Source: an uncultured cyanobacterium
GTDB taxonomy: Bacteria > Cyanobacteriota > Cyanobacteriia > Phormidesmidales > Phormidesmidaceae
NCBI GenBank assembly: GCA_963793265.1
Contig: CAWBZI010000006.1
Span: 864,001-928,000 of the forward strand
DNA length: 64,000 bases
Reading direction: 5' to 3'
Position 1 is the first letter of the stretch; each line of letters opens with the position of its first letter. The position numbers and the translations under genes are program-made. This document shows, in pieces, positions 60,674-64,000 of this stretch. Under the pieces are notes generated by a model that saw only the letters and a program-made list of their open reading frames with translations, did no database searches and was not told where the DNA came from.

Positions 60674-61897
60674 TCACGCTTGCTCAACAGGCGTTTGTTC
60701 GACAGATTGAGCGATCGCACCAACCTGCAACCCAGCCGGGTAAACACCCTCCTGCTTGATTTTCTCAATCAGCGCATCAGACACCTGAAACTTCATCTGC
60801 TTAGCCAGCGCCCGCACCACATCGCCACGATCAATTGTGCCTGCAACCGCATCAGCGGGCGTGAGCACCGTCAGGCGATTCAACTTTTGCGCTTCCATCA
60901 TCTGAATAGCTTCAGTCAGCGGCGTATCTTCGCTTACGTGAGGAATCTCTAGCAGCGGACGGGCAATGCTGTGTAGATTTCGGCTGTCCCATTCACTGCG
61001 CTCTACCTGGCGCAAGTCGTCTAGCGACACCATGCCGCGATAGCGACCGTCAGAAGAGGCGAAATAGATAGGCGGCGTCTTTTGATCGTCTAGCAGGCAC
61101 TGATCGGCAAACTGTCGTAGCGGCATATTGGCATCTAGCACTCTAAAGTCGCGCACGGTGGCATCGCCAGCTTTTAGCTCAGCTAAGCCTTCTTGCAAGT
61201 CGTTCATGCGGTTGTAGTTGCTGGCGTTACGGAGCACAAAGGTACCGATTAGGCCCGGCCAGATGTAGCCGAAGTCTCCTGTGGACAGTAGGGCTATGAG
61301 GCTGAAGGCGATCGCACCCCATCCCAAAATCTGACCTGACTTTGCCGCCCAGCGAACGCCTTTGGCTTTGTTATTAGTCGCTTTCCACACCGCCGCTTTG
61401 AAAATTTGACCGCCATCTAGCGGGAGCCCTGGAATAAGATTAAAGAGGGCCAAGACCAAATTAGTAAAGGCCACGCTTTGAATCACACCGCTAGCAATCG
61501 GCGGCAGGCCACCAATCTGACTTACTAGCGTTAGCAGTAAGAAGAGAATAAAGCTGACAGCAGGGCCAGCTACAGCCACCTGAAAAGCCTCACCCGGCGT
61601 TTTTGACTCACGCTCAATCGAAGCAATCCCACCAAACAGAAATAGCTTGATCGAGTTGACGTTAATACCCTGCGACTGTGCGACCAGGCTATGTCCTAGC
61701 TCGTGGGCTAATACCGACGCGAACAGCATCAGCGCTAGCAAGAGCCCAGTTGCATAAGCGCCAACCGTTCCTAAGCTCCCGGCTAAATTGGGGTCGCTGC
61801 CCTGTACAAATGTGATGAGTAGCACCACAAAAAACCAAGAATTGTCAATAAATAGCGGGATATTAAACAAAGAACCCACTCGCCAACCAGATTGCAT
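60674..61897 (-). CDS. site-2 protease (M50) with CBS domains
   Basis: HELGH, FNLIPGLPLDGG, C-terminal CBS pair. Confidence 0.92.
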   Translation of the reverse strand: MQSGWRVGSLFNIPLFIDNSWFFVVLLITFVQGSDPNLAGSLGTVGAYATGLLLALMLFASVLAHELGHSLVAQSQGINVNSIKLFLFGGIASIERESKTPGEAFQVAVAGPAVSFILFLLLTLVSQIGGLPPIASGVIQSVAFTNLVLALFNLIPGLPLDGGQIFKAAVWKATNNKAKGVRWAAKSGQILGWGAIAFSLIALLSTGDFGYIWPGLIGTFVLRNASNYNRMNDLQEGLAELKAGDATVRDFRVLDANMPLRQFADQCLLDDQKTPPIYFASSDGRYRGMVSLDDLRQVERSEWDSRNLHSIARPLLEIPHVSEDTPLTEAIQMMEAQKLNRLTVLTPADAVAGTIDRGDVVRALAKQMKFQVSDALIEKIKQEGVYPAGLQVGAIAQSVEQTPVEQA

Positions 61898-62064
61898 AAG
61901 CTATATTCTTCGGTGCTGATCGAAGCCTACGATTAAAAAACGATGCCTCTATTGTACCGACTCTGCCGATTCGTCTCGACCTGCGGAAGTTGTGGATAAC
62001 CGGCTATGTTGAAAGGGTTAGGTGGAAGGGCACATGCTGAGATGAATAAAAGGGATTGAAAGCA

Positions 62065-62781
62065 ATGTTACAGGTGAAAATTTGCGGAATTACGAAGGTG
62101 GAACAGGGGGTCGCGATCGCTCAACTAGGCGCAACCGCCCTCGGCTACATCTGCGTCAGCAAATCCCCCCGCTACATCACTGCTAAAAACATCGCACCCA
62201 TCACATCTGCCACCAAAGTACTCAATCCAGACATCGACCACTTTGGCGTATTCGCTAACGCCCCTCTCTCAGAAATCCTGACCACCGTGTCTATCGCTGG
62301 CCTCAACGTCATCCAGCTCCACGGCGACGAAACCCCTGCCACCTGCCAGCTCTTGCGTGACGCGCTAGCACACGCCAACCTACCCAAAGTCAAAATCGTC
62401 AAAGCCATCCGCGTCCGTACCCCCGAAGACTTACAAACCGCGCTCAGCTACGAGCCGTACATAGATACTCTTCTACTCGATGCCTATCACCCCGATCAGC
62501 TCGGCGGCACTGGCGAAACCCTAAACTGGCAGACGCTTCAAGCCTTCGCGCCCAGTCGTCCTTGGTTTCTAGCTGGTGGTATTAATCCCAACAACGTCCT
62601 TACAGCTCTAACTCAACTCTCCCCAAACGGAATCGACCTCTCTAGTGGAGTAGAGAGGTCGCCAGGTGATAAAGACTTAGCAAAAGTCGATCAGCTATTT
62701 GAACAGCTAAAAGCACCAAACATGAGCCGCAAAACCGTAAGGGCACAAGGCTTTACGCCCTCCGACACAGCAAGCCCCTAG
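62065..62781 (+). CDS. trpF: phosphoribosylanthranilate isomerase
   Basis: VKICGIT, QLHGDE, GGTG, LAGG, DLSSGVE. Confidence 0.95.
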   Translation: MLQVKICGITKVEQGVAIAQLGATALGYICVSKSPRYITAKNIAPITSATKVLNPDIDHFGVFANAPLSEILTTVSIAGLNVIQLHGDETPATCQLLRDALAHANLPKVKIVKAIRVRTPEDLQTALSYEPYIDTLLLDAYHPDQLGGTGETLNWQTLQAFAPSRPWFLAGGINPNNVLTALTQLSPNGIDLSSGVERSPGDKDLAKVDQLFEQLKAPNMSRKTVRAQGFTPSDTASP

Positions 62782-62807
62782 CTCGATGATTCAATGACTT
62801 AGCAAAC

Positions 62808-63896
62808 CTAGATACTGGGCTTTACCGCAACCCAGTACTTGCTCATAAAGTGATTGCTCGTTTTCACATCAGTGAAGCCTGCCGACTCCAAGCGAGCAAC
62901 CAAATCATCACCAATGTAGTGACGGTAGTAGGGCTCGTGGAACATCGCCGGGAAGTTTTCCATCAGCGGCTCAAACTCTGGGGTGTCTAGCTTTTGAATA
63001 GAGTCGCAGATGACAAAAACGCCGCCGGGCTTAGTGACGCGGAAGGCTTCATCAATCACATTTTGACGGGCCCCAGCAGGCAGCTCATGGAACAGGAAAG
63101 TGCTTGTTGTCGCCTCAAAGAAGTTGTCTACGAAGGGCAGCTCTTCGCCGTTAGCCTGTACGAGCTGCGCGGGGATAACGCCTTCGATGTCAGCCAGATT
63201 CTCGTTGGCTTTACGAATGTAGGCCGGTGAGAGGTCAGCTCCGTACAGCGCGACTTCAGGCATAGATTGGTTGACGAGCCTGAGGCTATTGCCCGTACCG
63301 CAGGCAATATCAAGCAGCTTTAGAGGTTGAGGAGACGTACCTACAGCAGTCGGCATTTGGCTGAGGTGCTGCTTTAGCGGGGCCAAAATGCGGCGACGCA
63401 TAGGGGCAGCGGTACCGTTGAAGAGAACTTCTACTTGCAGGTCGTACATGTTGGCGGAGTAGTCACTGAAGTAGCCGTCGGTTTGATGGTGGAAGTTTTG
63501 AACGTAGTAAGCAGGGTAGCCCTCTGTGCTGATGCCTTCACTAAATTCTTGGTGACGTTTTTTAGAAGCGCGATCCCAAATTTTGGGCAGGTCTACCCAT
63601 AGCTCGGGGTAGTAGCGAAAGAAGTCGTCCCAGCGGTTGTCAAAAAGGGCTTGCTTGGGATACACGCCTGCTTCGGCATCTTGCCAGTCAACTTCGAGCA
63701 GCTTATCAATGCTGCCTTGGATCGTCTGAAGCATCTTTGGATCGAGCGGGTTGGGCTCTTGGCGGTCTTGAGAAAAGACGGTGTTTAGAAATCGAGTGCT
63801 GAGCGTTTTGTGAGCAAAGCCGAAAACTTGCTTGCCTTGCTGGAAAGTTTGGTAGGCAAATTTGGTCAGGGTATCGGAGGTGAGAGTATCTGGCAT
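62808..63896 (-). CDS. class I SAM-dependent methyltransferase
   Basis: LDIACGTG, FLFHELP, QNFHHQTDG. Confidence 0.88.
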   Translation of the reverse strand: MPDTLTSDTLTKFAYQTFQQGKQVFGFAHKTLSTRFLNTVFSQDRQEPNPLDPKMLQTIQGSIDKLLEVDWQDAEAGVYPKQALFDNRWDDFFRYYPELWVDLPKIWDRASKKRHQEFSEGISTEGYPAYYVQNFHHQTDGYFSDYSANMYDLQVEVLFNGTAAPMRRRILAPLKQHLSQMPTAVGTSPQPLKLLDIACGTGNSLRLVNQSMPEVALYGADLSPAYIRKANENLADIEGVIPAQLVQANGEELPFVDNFFEATTSTFLFHELPAGARQNVIDEAFRVTKPGGVFVICDSIQKLDTPEFEPLMENFPAMFHEPYYRHYIGDDLVARLESAGFTDVKTSNHFMSKYWVAVKPSI

Positions 63897-63942
63897 AGAA
63901 CGTATGGGATGAGCGCTGTTTTTAAGTAGACAAAGTATTTTT

Positions 63943-63960
63943 ATTGTAAAAGAATGTTAC
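63943..63960 (-). promoter_or_regulatory. HLR1-like (RpaB) direct repeat
   Basis: Minus strand GTAACATT-CT-TTTACAAT, one mismatch to (G/T)TTACA(T/A)(T/A)-N2 x2. Confidence 0.45.
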
Positions 63961-64000
63961 GAGAAATGTGAGAGGGGGAAGGCGTATTTTTTCTTGATTG

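Larger units (their letters stand above)
2090..62119. repeat. HIP1 octamer GCGATCGC dispersed through the window
   Basis: Many copies (e.g. 2090, 2350, 7921, 62112); visibly sparser within ribosomal-protein genes. HIP1 is an established cyanobacterial signature. Confidence 0.9.

Noticed and set aside
63946..63960. GTA...TAC as an NtcA site
   Set aside because: The spacing is N9 rather than N8; it fits an HLR1-like repeat better.

Overview
This is chromosomal DNA of a beta-cyanobacterium: HIP1 GCGATCGC sites are dense, and psb27, ndhN, ldpA, ccaA, ado/aar and crtR are present. A Leptolyngbya/Nodosilinea-like lineage is an inference only. About 40% of the window is the ribosomal-protein supercluster. 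It is split between infA and rpmJ, which a single ~16.3-kb inversion (psb27..infA) would explain. The rest is housekeeping genes (clpR/clpR-like/clpP3, sppA, aroH, HCP, crtR, pyk, ccaA, tRNA-Phe, ado-aar-accA-folE, trpF) plus two small accessory patches. The first (29.4-35.3 kb) has three DUF2442-like antitoxins whose DUF4160-like toxins are frameshifted, truncated or absent, plus a glycine-zipper protein, Uma2 and DUF433/DUF5615. The second (49.1-52.2 kb, beside tRNA-Phe) has hicBA, a DUF2281 pseudogene and a repeat-containing protein. The most interesting unannotated signals are: (1) a 79-aa ORF behind a promoter and a ~260-nt multi-hairpin leader that also appears to encode an ~80-nt antisense RNA, a type I toxin-antitoxin-like layout (51.47-52.05 kb); (2) an ~80-nt trans-acting sRNA candidate with a clear promoter and terminator at 445-525; (3) a secreted protein built almost entirely of 18-20-aa tandem repeats. 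No CRISPR array, rRNA, transposase or integrase was seen. All calls are by-eye family recognition; no database searches were run.
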